Source: Candidatus Cloacimonadales bacterium
GTDB lineage: Bacteria; Cloacimonadota; Cloacimonadia; Cloacimonadales; JAIOQZ01
Assembly: GCA_963665815.1 (NCBI GenBank)
Contig: OY762463.1
Coordinates: forward strand, 384,001-448,000
Direction of reading: 5' to 3'
Length of the DNA: 64,000 nucleotides
The notes beneath the pieces were generated by a model. It was not told the DNA's origin and searched no databases. It saw nothing but the letters and a program-made list of their open reading frames with translations. Positions within the stretch are counted from its first letter, which is position 1; each line of letters opens with the position of its first letter. Shown piece after piece: positions 30,766 to 41,531 of this stretch. The translations under genes were made by a program, and so were the position numbers.

Positions 30766-32899
30766 TATCGTTTATAATAGACATCGCTTCGTCGATATAA
30801 ATGTCCTTTTTGAGGTTAGATGTCCAGTTGTTGAATTCATCCAGTTTAGCGGAATCTTCTTTTTCTATGTTATCATCAATATTTGGATTAATTATGTTGA
30901 GGTATGGAAGTTCCTTAGTCTTTTCTTTAAGGCTTTCAACGTCACTGCTGACATTTAATCGCTCATTCAGGATATCATCGAATTTCAAGTTCAGTTCAGT
31001 ATCTTCCATTTTAGCTCTAAGTTTAGCATTTCTTTCTTTAATCATCTGGAATGCTTCATTGGATGTCACTCTGTTTTCGCTTCTCATTCTTAGTTTATCC
31101 ATATTGTAGATATTACGGTTATACCATTTCTCATATTTTGCAGCTTCAATCTTATCCCACTTCAGGGGGTAATCCAGATCTTTTTCTCCCATATCAAGAT
31201 AATCGTAAGTTGTTGGAACTTTTATATCCGGGATAACACCCTTATACTGGGTTGATCCACCATTGATTCGATAGAATTTCTGAATAGTCAGTTTAATACT
31301 GCCAAGTGGTTTAAACTTGTTGAATGATCTGAAAAGGCTTCTGTCAAGAGGGAGCAAAGACTGGACTGTTCCCTTACCAAAAGATTGATCAGGACCAAGA
31401 ATTACCGCTCTTTCATAATCTTGAAGGGCAGCAGAAGTAATTTCAGAAGCAGAAGCACTGAGCTGATTAACCAGAACAACAAGAGGTCCATCATAATAAG
31501 ATTCGAAATCTCTGTCATTTCTTACTTGTCTTCCATAAAGATTATCATTTACCTGAACCATTGGACCATCCGGAATAAACAATCCGGCAACACCAATAGC
31601 ATCAACAAGAGCTCCACCACCATTGTTTCTTAAATCGAGAATAACTCCGTCGACATTGTAATCTTTAAATTGAAGAAGAGCTTTTTTAACATCATCAGTT
31701 GCATTTCTGGAGTTTCTGTTCTGAAAATCTCTGTAATATTTTGGCAGATAAATATATCCGTACTTTTTACCATACTTATCGTTTTTTATAATAACATCTT
31801 TCGCATATGTTTCTTCCAGCACAACTACATCTCTGATAATAGGAACGACCTTTATTTCACCAGTAGGTTTTTTAATAGTCAATCGGACTTCCGTACCCTT
31901 TTTACCTCTGATATGCTGTACTGCTTCGGAAAGTGGAAGATCAACAACATCAAGTGGTTCTTCATCACCTTGGGCAACTTTAATTATAAGATCTTCAGGT
32001 TCAAGTTCTTTCTGTCTCCAGGATGGTGAACCGGGTATGATTTTCGTAATTTTTATGTAACCGTCTTTTTCTGTTAGTGTAGCTCCAATACCTTCGAATT
32101 TTCCAGTCATATCAATATCAAAGTCTTCTTTTTCCTTTGGAGGCATGTAAGTTGTATGAGGATCAACAGCATTGAGTATTGAGTTTACATAAATAGCAAA
32201 GTTTTCCTCATCTGTTCTTTCATCAATTCTTCTGAAGTAGTTTTTGTAACGATTAGAAATTTTCTCTCTGGCTTCAGCTTCAATCTTACTGTCTATCTTC
32301 CCGCCTTTAAGGTAATCTTCGGCACTGAGTTTTTTTGTGGAATCAGGATTATTCATTTCAATAATGTCAATATATCTGAGTGCAACCTGATATTTGAGAG
32401 TCTTGCGCCACCTTTCTTTCAGATCTTCAAGTGACTTGCAGTATTCACTTTTTTCGGCATCTGACTGATATATTTCATTTTTTGAGAAATCAAAAGGTTT
32501 TGAGAGAATTTCTTCGTATATACCTTTAAGATAGTTTATTCTTTTTTGATAGACTTTATTAACTTCAATGTAAAACTCGAATTTCCTGTTCAAATCTCCA
32601 TTCATTAAATCATCAATTAAGTATTTATACTTTGCGAATTTATCTATATCTGACTGAATAAATGTTTTCTTGCTGTAATCCATTCTATGAAGGTATAAAT
32701 GGTGTATTCTCACAGAAAGTGAATCATCAATATCATGCGGTTCATAATGGTTAGCCTTTAGTATACCCATGTTCTGAAGGTATGCCACTTTGTTTTTATC
32801 ACTTACTTCAATTTTTTTAAGTGCACTTTCAGATACTGAAAATACAGTTTGAAATGCAATCAGTAATAATGCTATTGCGAATATTTTCTTGTTCTTCAT
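30755..32899 (-). CDS. prc: Tail-specific protease Prc/Tsp (S41A)
   Basis: DPHTTY, FEGIGA, DLRNNGGG, SASASEI, FGKGTVQ, KFYRINGGSTQ; long N- and C-terminal helical domains. Confidence 0.88.
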   Translation of the reverse strand: MKNKKIFAIALLLIAFQTVFSVSESALKKIEVSDKNKVAYLQNMGILKANHYEPHDIDDSLSVRIHHLYLHRMDYSKKTFIQSDIDKFAKYKYLIDDLMNGDLNRKFEFYIEVNKVYQKRINYLKGIYEEILSKPFDFSKNEIYQSDAEKSEYCKSLEDLKERWRKTLKYQVALRYIDIIEMNNPDSTKKLSAEDYLKGGKIDSKIEAEAREKISNRYKNYFRRIDERTDEENFAIYVNSILNAVDPHTTYMPPKEKEDFDIDMTGKFEGIGATLTEKDGYIKITKIIPGSPSWRQKELEPEDLIIKVAQGDEEPLDVVDLPLSEAVQHIRGKKGTEVRLTIKKPTGEIKVVPIIRDVVVLEETYAKDVIIKNDKYGKKYGYIYLPKYYRDFQNRNSRNATDDVKKALLQFKDYNVDGVILDLRNNGGGALVDAIGVAGLFIPDGPMVQVNDNLYGRQVRNDRDFESYYDGPLVVLVNQLSASASEITSAALQDYERAVILGPDQSFGKGTVQSLLPLDRSLFRSFNKFKPLGSIKLTIQKFYRINGGSTQYKGVIPDIKVPTTYDYLDMGEKDLDYPLKWDKIEAAKYEKWYNRNIYNMDKLRMRSENRVTSNEAFQMIKERNAKLRAKMEDTELNLKFDDILNERLNVSSDVESLKEKTKELPYLNIINPNIDDNIEKEDSAKLDEFNNWTSNLKKDIYIDEAMSIINDIGE

Positions 32900-32912
32900 C
32901 GTTTGCTGTCCT

Positions 32913-33542
32913 TTATCTAAAAATTTTCGAATATCTTTTTTTAAGAGAATTTACAATGAAATCATGGATTTCTTCAATATTTTTTTCTGCATTTATAATT
33001 ATGCAACGATTTGATTCTGATTTTGCTACATCAAGAAATCCTTTTCTTACAGATTTATGAAAGTTGATATTTTCCTGTTCAAGTCTGTCCTTCTTTCGAG
33101 AAGCAATTCTTGACATTCCCTTTTCAACATCCATATCAAAAATGAATGTCACATCCGGTTTAATGTCAAATGCAGCAAACTTATTCAGCATTGCTATACG
33201 GGGAAGAGGTATGTCTCTTGCTGCCCCCTGATACGCAATGGTTGAATCTGTGTAGCGATCTGAAATCACGTGAATTCCATTTTCAAGATTAGGAATAATC
33301 CACTGACCTGTGTGTTGACTTCTGGAAGCCATGTATAACAATACTTCAGTTTCAGGAAGCATTGTATCATTAGAGGGATCCAGAAGCAGATGTCTGATCT
33401 TCTCGGAAATTTCCGGTCCTCCGGGTTCCCTTGTAAAAAAAGCCTTGATCCTATTTTTTTCAAACCAGTTTTTCAGAAGCTCTATCTGGGTTGATTTTCC
33501 ACAACCTTCAGTGCCTTCGAATGTTATAAAGATTCCTTTCAT
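32913..33542 (-). CDS. tmk: Thymidylate kinase
   Basis: FITFEGTEGCGKSTQ, TREPGG, SDRY..S..AYQG and DRLE. Confidence 0.95.
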   Translation of the reverse strand: MKGIFITFEGTEGCGKSTQIELLKNWFEKNRIKAFFTREPGGPEISEKIRHLLLDPSNDTMLPETEVLLYMASRSQHTGQWIIPNLENGIHVISDRYTDSTIAYQGAARDIPLPRIAMLNKFAAFDIKPDVTFIFDMDVEKGMSRIASRKKDRLEQENINFHKSVRKGFLDVAKSESNRCIIINAEKNIEEIHDFIVNSLKKRYSKIFR

Positions 33543-33700
33543 ATTATATCCGTCCAATTGATTTGTAAGATAGTTATTAAATCTTTCTTTTTTTGTAAAG
33601 ATTATTATAACAAATTATTAACACATAGCTATATTGAGAGCTTTTTTAATTAGAATTGCTGATGAAATTATCCAGTTAAATAGTATTTGATATTAGAGAA

Positions 33701-33723
33701 AGGGCTGATTTATGATCAGCCCT
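33701..33723 (-). terminator. Probable terminator after the C25 peptidase gene
   Basis: agggctgat-ttatg-atcagccct stem followed by ttctct on the minus strand. Confidence 0.65.
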
Positions 33724-33759
33724 GAAGTACAAAGTTATCTCAGCATCACGCCTATGAAT

Positions 33760-36700
33760 TTATTTGAGAAGAATACATTTCTTAATATCCTGTTCTTTTT
33801 CCGTATTAAGTCTATAGAAATAAACTCCGGAGCATACATCATCTCCTCTGTCGTTTTTACCCTGCCAGATAACAGAATTTTTTCCTTTTGAAAGCCTTGC
33901 ATTAACAAGCGTTCTTACTTTCTGTCCCTTGATATTATAAATATCAATTCTGACATGTGAGTTTTCAGCAAGTTTGAAGTCTATTCGCGTTTCAGGATTG
34001 AATGGATTAGGGTAGTTACCGGTTAATCCTGTCTTGAATTGATTCACGTCCTCATTAGCGTTATCTACAAGAATCAGTTCAACAGTATCTGTCGGTAGAG
34101 ATTCATATCCATCTGAAACAGACACTACAAAGTACTTAAGATTCAGTTCGTCTGAATAATTCTGAGACCAGGTTGTAGTTAAGGTAGTATCTACGGGTGT
34201 GAATATCTCGTTATTCATGCTTCTGTAAATGATATACTCATCTATTTCTTCCGGAGTAGAGCATGTCCAGTTAAGAGTTAAGGATCCGGTGTTGTCAGTA
34301 AGAGAAAGATTCTCCGGGGCTACGATAGATTCCATTATGATATCAAAATTGTATATTTGATTTGCATCAAAATCATTAGCAGGGCTTGTGTAATCCTTAT
34401 AACCGGGACAACTTGCTGTGAACCAGCCACTCATCTGAGGTACAGCAAGGTAATAAGTATTATCTGAATTTACTACTCCGCTTGTAAAGAACGTTTCAAT
34501 GCTTAAATTATCTGATAACGGATCAATTCTGCTGTCGATATCTCCTTTAACAAATGCAAATCCCTGATAGTGATTAACAACGGATTTCAGATCATCAATA
34601 TAGATGGTCAAACCTCCTGAAGGAACTTCTGACTTGATTCTTACTTTCATTAACTTATCACCATAATCAACCGAACTTACAAGTTCATTTATTTCTGTAG
34701 AAGTATTCTCATTGAGTGTAAGTAAATTAAACCAGATATCATCAAAGCCTACTTGAAGCGTATGAGTACCTCCTGTAGAGGAAATATAATATTTCATTGA
34801 TAATCTTGTGCTTGAAGTATTTAAACTGTAATATCTTCCGAGTTCAAGATATGATACATATGGATATGTTTGAGAATCATGGGCAAATACAAGTTCTTCC
34901 GAGCTTCCACCGGCAAAGCTTGTGGAGTCCGAAATTCCAAATTGTCCATTTGATGCTTTTATTCCAGATAACTCATGAGAATTAAAGTCATTATAAAGCA
35001 GAATTTCTTTAGAATCAACTTTAATATTGAATTTGTAATTCCTGTTGAAGTCTTCATGAGATATCGTCATAGTACAATCAAAGATATCATTTGTCATACC
35101 GTTTTGATATTCCATAGGGAACAGAAGATACTTTAGTGCATTGCCTTCCCAGAAATATATGGTTTTACTGTTAGTACTGCTGTCAAAAATCCCACTTTCT
35201 GAATTAACTGTTACATCAACATTGTTGAAGTCGATAGGGCTATTATTGTTGATTTCAAAGCAGCACATGAGAGAATCTCCAGTATTGAATTCTCTGTTAT
35301 TATCAAAAGTGAAGTAATACCTTTGAAGATCGAAATTACTCTTTTGCACATTTAGATCGACTACACGGATAATATTTTTATCTCCATTATGAATTGTCAG
35401 CTTCAATCTCAAAGCATTTTCTTCTAAGTTATCGTTTATATGCAGTCTTAACTTATTGAATGACATTTCTGATTCACCTGAATCAATGGCAGGAAAATTA
35501 ATCTCGTTATTGTAGACAATTACATTTTCATTAAAAACCTGCATCTTAACATACATACCATCTATGGTATTCAATGAATTATTTCTGATTTTGAGACTTA
35601 TGTTTGCATCGTATCCTGCGATTAACTCAGCTTCACCGAACTCATTGATAATATTTATAGATTCAATATTAATATCTGAATCAACAAAGGTCATGTCTAA
35701 GGTTTTAAACATTATCGCTTTGCCATCTGATAATTCTGATGCCGATGCTGGATAAGTGTTATTGAATGTATATTCCAGCCCGGATGATGCATTATAGTTT
35801 TGGATTCCCACAGTGGCATAGTTTCCATGCTGAACAATTAAATCTCCGTATTGTCCGACGTTATCATTATTGATGTCATTGTACTGAATCTTGATCTTAC
35901 TGTCTCCACTTATTGTCGGATACTCCATACAATCAAAGATGATCATCTGGAATGTCTGGTTCGAAAGAGTGTAGTCACCTTTCATGTCTTTCCATTCTAT
36001 TATGAAATACTTGTTTACATCATCATATTCATAGTAGATATTTCCTGTGTTAAGATCATCCCAGAAAGCGGCAATAATTGGTTTAGGTCCGCATATTGAA
36101 GGCAGATGCCAGTTCATGAAATCTCTGAGATCAACAGAACCGGGAGAAACCCAGCCATTACTGGATATTGTCAGTCTATCGTGTGTCGAACCGTAGAATC
36201 TGAAATTCATTGGTATGTCAACATCTATTCTGTCTCCATTATCTCCGTCATCAAACATATAGGTGTTTGTTCCGGTGTTTTCAATTTCTATCCAGTTGTA
36301 TGCCAGATCAGGGTCCGCGACTTCATCATTTTCCTCAAGACACACATACCCATATGCATCCGGCCCGGTAATTGACGATTGCGTAACATTTCCAAAGCAA
36401 ATAGTTAAAGGAATCGTCTGCTGAAAATCAATGTTAGATATCTTCAGCAGGAACTGTTCTTCTCGACCGGTATAAAAGCTGCTGTTGAAATTGGCTGAGA
36501 ACGCATCAGTTAAATTCAATGGAGTATCTAAAGACAGGCTTGCTATTGATTCCGTACTGTCTGTTAATACTATATTATCTCTTATAGGGCGCAGTGTAAG
36601 AGTAGTATTAGTAATATCCTGAGATCCTTGATTAGTAATATCCATACTTATGTAGAACTGCGTTTCAGGTATATCCATCTCTATTGCAACTGCATTCGAA

Positions 36701-39009
36701 ATTGTAATATCCGGAGCAGAAGCGTAAAGGTAGAAAGTTTCCTGCCAGGTTTCATTGTTTACTGTATCAGTATAATGTATTGTTACCGGAACTCTCATTC
36801 CGTCTGAAAGTGTGTTAATAAAATCAATATTCACATTCTGATCCGCCTGATACACCTGATTTGAGGTAAGCGAAGGTAATTGTATATAGTTATTGTTTAC
36901 CAGAACAAGAAAATCCGGAATTTCAAGCGTTACATTGATTGGGTTTGAAGCCGTATTGCTGTGGTTTTCGAATGTAAGCGATAAGTCTATTGCATCGTTC
37001 GGATGAATAATCGGAGCAGAATTACTGTTTACAAAAGAAAAATTACTCATTCTTACTCTCAAGTTATTCGAATTTATTGTCTGGGTGCTAACATCAGGAA
37101 TAAAATTGTGATACTTGCATACAAGATCAAACTCGTTTTCAAGCTCATCTTTAACAGGGATAACACATGTTCCGTTCTCTGCAGTTCCCGAAAAATATAC
37201 TGTAGAATCTGAAACAACTATTACTTCAGCATTAACCGGGTTTCCTTCATTATCTGCAACTTCAACTCTGAAAGAATTCATTCCTTCTTCAAGATTATCC
37301 GGTAGAGAAACCTGAAGCTGTTCAGGTGTTCCTGTCCATAAATGTAAAGCAGGATCTCCCATCAGGTTGTTCCAGTAGGAAAACTTGCTGACAAAATCGT
37401 GAGGATTAGTCGGGAAATTTCTCCACATTTCGAATTTTGCCTTTGCCAGAGCAATACCGGGTGAAAACTGTTTCTCCACAAATATTGTGTGATATATACC
37501 GGCATCGACAATATTGTTAAAAACTGTGTGTGTATAAGAAGTTGCCAGAGCTATTGCTGCTATAGCACCTTTTGGCGAAGTAGGGGTTCCAAGTCTGAGG
37601 AGTTCTTCCGGTCTGGATGATTCATTGCTTGCAAAATTACCTACAGCACAAGTGAGGAATACTGCAAGAGGTAGTTTATTCGTGTTGTCAAGCTGTATGA
37701 TATCATCGACTGTCCATCCGCTCATCCCATGAAATCCCCTATAATTAAAGTATGAGACTCCGCTGTTGATTTCATGAGTCATTACATAATCAAAATTGGA
37801 TACATATTCCTCGGTGAATGAAAAATTGGGATTGTTATCCTGAATCATCTGTTTTACCTGTCTTTTAGTATCAACACATGATGGACCTGAATCATCAGGA
37901 TCTCCAACAAGCAAAACTTTATTATACCAGTCACTGTTTCCTGCAGGTAGAAGTCCGAACTCATACTTGTAAATCTTGTTTACTATAACAATCAGCTCTG
38001 AGATATTTTCAAATGACAATCTTCCTACAAAAGCATCTGCCAGAATATCGTTCCCATCAAGCAGAGAATAATAATGATCACCCTCTCCGGTTGCATACCT
38101 TTCCGTTGGAATATCATAAGCTGTTCCTAAGGCATCTCCGGCAAGACATATAAACTCCGGTGGATTCTCCCAGTTATTATATGCGTCTAATAAATATGTT
38201 TTTATGTTCGATTTAGTTGCTTCTGCGTCAGAGAATTCTGCAATTTTTACATCAAATCCAAGATGTGTTTTAATGTTTGCATATTCATTCATCAAATCAC
38301 GAATGTCATTGTTTTCTCTATGGATTACAAGGATTGAAGGCCTTTGAAAATCTCCCGATTCCAGATTATTGTAGTTTAACAATGTTGTAGAAAAAAGCTT
38401 ATCAAATACTCTTGATTTTTTAATTACAGCATTTACAGGATTTGTAGTCAGGGAATTGTCCATGGACAGTGTAATTTCTGCTTTTTTAATAATTTGCAAC
38501 TGTCTGTCACCAGGATTATACCTGAATGGATTGACCGTAATTGCACTTACTCTCTGGTTGCGAATTACTCCCGGTTCGGATGCAGTACAGGATTTTGACG
38601 GATACAGGATATTTTTGCTGTATAATCCGGAATCAATAATAAATTCTGAAGATTTTGGCTTGCTCTCTGACTGTAACTCCTGCTGTGGATACAGATCAAT
38701 ATTGTCGATTATCTCAGATTCGATAATCTTAAGGCTGACAATTGGATTTCCTTTGTCCGGTAAAGCAATGATTGTGCTGACAGTTGGAATTTCAGGTTTC
38801 CCAAAATCTACAATGAAGCCTTTGGTTGCATGTTCAATTCGTTTATAAGTAATTCCTTTTACATTAATATCTGAAAGTGAATATTCACCCAGATTAAAAA
38901 TAATCTCCTCATTGCCCAGACTGCCCGATTTAATCTCGAAATTAGTTTCTGATGCAGCTATATTAAGCATTACAGATAACATTAAAATTATACCAACTAA
39001 CTTGTACAC
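33760..39009 (-). CDS. Large secreted C25 (gingipain-family) peptidase-domain protein with propeptide and FlgD/T9SS-like C-terminal domain
   Basis: G.PEIP and NPFRYNP propeptide; LAGD, DHYYS, VGRLS, FNYRG, LTC and NLMGDP; GPDAYGY; C-terminal GNYPNPFNPET...SGVYFY. Probable GTG start at 39009 (RBS aaggagg). Confidence 0.85.
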   Translation of the reverse strand: MYKLVGIILMLSVMLNIAASETNFEIKSGSLGNEEIIFNLGEYSLSDINVKGITYKRIEHATKGFIVDFGKPEIPTVSTIIALPDKGNPIVSLKIIESEIIDNIDLYPQQELQSESKPKSSEFIIDSGLYSKNILYPSKSCTASEPGVIRNQRVSAITVNPFRYNPGDRQLQIIKKAEITLSMDNSLTTNPVNAVIKKSRVFDKLFSTTLLNYNNLESGDFQRPSILVIHRENNDIRDLMNEYANIKTHLGFDVKIAEFSDAEATKSNIKTYLLDAYNNWENPPEFICLAGDALGTAYDIPTERYATGEGDHYYSLLDGNDILADAFVGRLSFENISELIVIVNKIYKYEFGLLPAGNSDWYNKVLLVGDPDDSGPSCVDTKRQVKQMIQDNNPNFSFTEEYVSNFDYVMTHEINSGVSYFNYRGFHGMSGWTVDDIIQLDNTNKLPLAVFLTCAVGNFASNESSRPEELLRLGTPTSPKGAIAAIALATSYTHTVFNNIVDAGIYHTIFVEKQFSPGIALAKAKFEMWRNFPTNPHDFVSKFSYWNNLMGDPALHLWTGTPEQLQVSLPDNLEEGMNSFRVEVADNEGNPVNAEVIVVSDSTVYFSGTAENGTCVIPVKDELENEFDLVCKYHNFIPDVSTQTINSNNLRVRMSNFSFVNSNSAPIIHPNDAIDLSLTFENHSNTASNPINVTLEIPDFLVLVNNNYIQLPSLTSNQVYQADQNVNIDFINTLSDGMRVPVTIHYTDTVNNETWQETFYLYASAPDITISNAVAIEMDIPETQFYISMDITNQGSQDITNTTLTLRPIRDNIVLTDSTESIASLSLDTPLNLTDAFSANFNSSFYTGREEQFLLKISNIDFQQTIPLTICFGNVTQSSITGPDAYGYVCLEENDEVADPDLAYNWIEIENTGTNTYMFDDGDNGDRIDVDIPMNFRFYGSTHDRLTISSNGWVSPGSVDLRDFMNWHLPSICGPKPIIAAFWDDLNTGNIYYEYDDVNKYFIIEWKDMKGDYTLSNQTFQMIIFDCMEYPTISGDSKIKIQYNDINNDNVGQYGDLIVQHGNYATVGIQNYNASSGLEYTFNNTYPASASELSDGKAIMFKTLDMTFVDSDINIESINIINEFGEAELIAGYDANISLKIRNNSLNTIDGMYVKMQVFNENVIVYNNEINFPAIDSGESEMSFNKLRLHINDNLEENALRLKLTIHNGDKNIIRVVDLNVQKSNFDLQRYYFTFDNNREFNTGDSLMCCFEINNNSPIDFNNVDVTVNSESGIFDSSTNSKTIYFWEGNALKYLLFPMEYQNGMTNDIFDCTMTISHEDFNRNYKFNIKVDSKEILLYNDFNSHELSGIKASNGQFGISDSTSFAGGSSEELVFAHDSQTYPYVSYLELGRYYSLNTSSTRLSMKYYISSTGGTHTLQVGFDDIWFNLLTLNENTSTEINELVSSVDYGDKLMKVRIKSEVPSGGLTIYIDDLKSVVNHYQGFAFVKGDIDSRIDPLSDNLSIETFFTSGVVNSDNTYYLAVPQMSGWFTASCPGYKDYTSPANDFDANQIYNFDIIMESIVAPENLSLTDNTGSLTLNWTCSTPEEIDEYIIYRSMNNEIFTPVDTTLTTTWSQNYSDELNLKYFVVSVSDGYESLPTDTVELILVDNANEDVNQFKTGLTGNYPNPFNPETRIDFKLAENSHVRIDIYNIKGQKVRTLVNARLSKGKNSVIWQGKNDRGDDVCSGVYFYRLNTEKEQDIKKCILLK

Positions 39010-39077
39010 TTTATCCTCCTTAATAGCGAAAATTATGCAAGATATGTTCCAAAACGAATCGAACATTAAATATTAAT

Positions 39078-39106
39078 AAAAAGGACTTCATGAAGCATAA
39101 AGTCCT
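39078..39106 (-). terminator. Probable terminator
   Basis: aggactttatg-ctt-catgaagtcct followed by tttt on the minus strand. Confidence 0.6.
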
Positions 39107-39170
39107 GATTTATATTGCTTGTTACTTTTTCTTAGCTATGTTCAACAATACTGACAAAAGTCATTTTACA

Positions 39171-41102
39171 CTATTTCAACAACATACACTTTCTGAGCTT
39201 CTTTGATTTCCCATTAACCTTGAAGTTATAGAAGTATACTCCTGAAGCTACAGGATCGTTATTCTCGTTATCTCCATTCCAGACAATTACATGAAGACCT
39301 CTTGGGGTTAATCCTTCATCAATAGTTTTGACTTTCTGTCCTTTTACATTATAGATTTCAAGTGTTATCCGGGCAGGATCAGCGAGAGAATACTCAATTG
39401 ATGTGGTTGGATTAAACGGATTCGGGTAATTTCCGGATACTTCCAGGATTTCCGGTACTGAGAACCCAAAATCAGCATATTCATCTTCTCCTGAAATCGG
39501 ATTTACTGTTGTAGGAGGATTATTAACGAGATATGGATATCCGTTGTTGATATCCGGATTAATGTTCCAGATATCTTCATCAAGGGTATCATCAAAAGGA
39601 TTATATACAAAATCGAAAGGAGTGTCCAGAAAATCATTGCTGAGGTCAGTGTATGTGGAAATATTTGTCATTTGAGAATGGGTTAGTCCCAAATTATCTA
39701 TATCGGAATTATGTCTATACAAAAATGAAAATACATTGGACGAATCATTATCCCAGAAGATATTACTCACTACAGAATTGTCAATATCATCATAATAAAT
39801 AAAGATACAACTGCCTGTTTCCAATGAATCAAATCTTCCTGAAAATATGAAATTCCTGATGTGGGAATTACTATACTGAGTAGCTAATGCTGCGGCAACT
39901 GTATTAATATTAATTGTAGCTTTGACATATGAATTTTGTATTGTATCATTTAATGTTGAATTGATTAACCCTACACTGATCAATGAAGCGGAGAGTTTTC
40001 CGGAAGAATAACATTCACTGATAGTGGTTTCGCATGTTACATCAATCAATCCTGAAGTACGAATGGAGAATATCGAATCATTTCGGATACCTAAATCTCC
40101 CATTGTTGAGCAATTTGAAATTAATGACTCTGATGCATAATTTATCAATCCGGTAGTAATCTGTCCAGCAACGTTTCCTCTATTATGGTTCTTTAAAAAT
40201 TTAGTATTTGTACATACCATTGCTATGCCGGATGCATTGCCGTCAGATATAGTAATACTGTTAGAAACACAGTTTTCGATTTTTGATAAATAATATAATC
40301 CTGAGTAATAGTGCGATGACCATGAATCTAAAGCAATTCCTGCTGCTTGTTCTTCTCCGTAAATGAAACCGTTAGAAAAACAGTGTTTTATTGTGGATTC
40401 AAAGGAATTGTTTACAATTCCTGCTGCATGTTTAGCATCAATCTTACCCTTAAATGTACATCTTAAGATATATGATAATTCGATACTGTTGCATATTCCT
40501 CCAGCGGATCTTCCTGCACTGATTGATCCTTCAAATGTGCATTCTTCAAACCGTAAACCTCGATTCTTCAAACAGATGCCGCCGGCATCTTCTTCAGCAA
40601 AAAGCTCTGCATCTGAATAACATTGATATATTTTTAAGGGATTTGCCTCTCCACATACTGAAGCAGAATACTTACCTCTGATTTTGGCGTCTCTCATAAT
40701 AATATTTCTTATTGTACTGCCTTGGCAGTATTTAAACAATGCAGCGATTTCCAAAGGTCTGTTTATGTACAGATTAGATATATAATAGTTCTGCCCATTG
40801 TAACTTCCGGTAAAGGGATTTTCCTCTGTACCGACAGGTCTGAATCCTACTGTCGAATCCGGAGTATTGGGATTATTATCATGGTCTCTCAGTTCCCAGT
40901 TGATTGTTTCAGACATGTCTATATCAGCAGTTTGAATAAAATAACAGTTCCAGACATCTTCAGTTATTGTCAGCCATTGCAGGTGATCTACACAAGATAT
41001 CTCATATGGAGCTTCCTCTGTGCCATCTCCAATTATATCGGTGCCCGATAATATAGAAATCATACTCATTACAAATAAAATATAAACAATGTTTCTTCTC
41101 AT
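39171..41102 (-). CDS. Secreted GLUG/beta-helix-like protein with FlgD/T9SS-like C-terminal domain
   Basis: GDGTEEAPYEI, QTADID, FTGSYNG, AGGI repeats, NNGYPYL; C-terminal GNYPNPFNPTT...ASGVYFY. Confidence 0.75.
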   Translation of the reverse strand: MRRNIVYILFVMSMISILSGTDIIGDGTEEAPYEISCVDHLQWLTITEDVWNCYFIQTADIDMSETINWELRDHDNNPNTPDSTVGFRPVGTEENPFTGSYNGQNYYISNLYINRPLEIAALFKYCQGSTIRNIIMRDAKIRGKYSASVCGEANPLKIYQCYSDAELFAEEDAGGICLKNRGLRFEECTFEGSISAGRSAGGICNSIELSYILRCTFKGKIDAKHAAGIVNNSFESTIKHCFSNGFIYGEEQAAGIALDSWSSHYYSGLYYLSKIENCVSNSITISDGNASGIAMVCTNTKFLKNHNRGNVAGQITTGLINYASESLISNCSTMGDLGIRNDSIFSIRTSGLIDVTCETTISECYSSGKLSASLISVGLINSTLNDTIQNSYVKATININTVAAALATQYSNSHIRNFIFSGRFDSLETGSCIFIYYDDIDNSVVSNIFWDNDSSNVFSFLYRHNSDIDNLGLTHSQMTNISTYTDLSNDFLDTPFDFVYNPFDDTLDEDIWNINPDINNGYPYLVNNPPTTVNPISGEDEYADFGFSVPEILEVSGNYPNPFNPTTSIEYSLADPARITLEIYNVKGQKVKTIDEGLTPRGLHVIVWNGDNENNDPVASGVYFYNFKVNGKSKKLRKCMLLK

Positions 41103-41284
41103 AGTTCCTCCAAATTTATGTCTTCATTCAGATGAAATTGTTGTCAAATGATATTTTCATCTTAAGCAAAGAAAATATTGAGCATGATATTGAATTTTAC
41201 TACGAAAAACAGTGCCGAGGAATAATTGATTTGACATTTTCTTCTGTGCATCAAAAATCATATAAATACTCTAATTGGAGGATA

Positions 41285-41515
41285 ATGTTGCAAACAGAGA
41301 TTATTGTGCTTATACTATCAATTATATTTATATTTGGTTTTCGATATTTTTTCTATAGGAGAGTATCAATTATCTTCCCAATAGCTTTTTTTGCTTTGGA
41401 AGTTCTGGCTTATATTCTTCTTAAGAATATGGGACAGGTTTATTACATATTTGTTATAACTATAGCTTTTGTATCTGCAAAACCGATTTTTTCATCAATA
41501 AGAAATAGAAAATAA
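41285..41515 (+). CDS. Small membrane protein (76 aa)
   Basis: RBS ggagg before ATG 41285; three hydrophobic stretches. The ORF-track extension to 41132 is probably non-coding. Confidence 0.6.
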   Translation: MLQTEIIVLILSIIFIFGFRYFFYRRVSIIFPIAFFALEVLAYILLKNMGQVYYIFVITIAFVSAKPIFSSIRNRK

Positions 41516-41531
41516 ATTCAAGGAGACAAAA

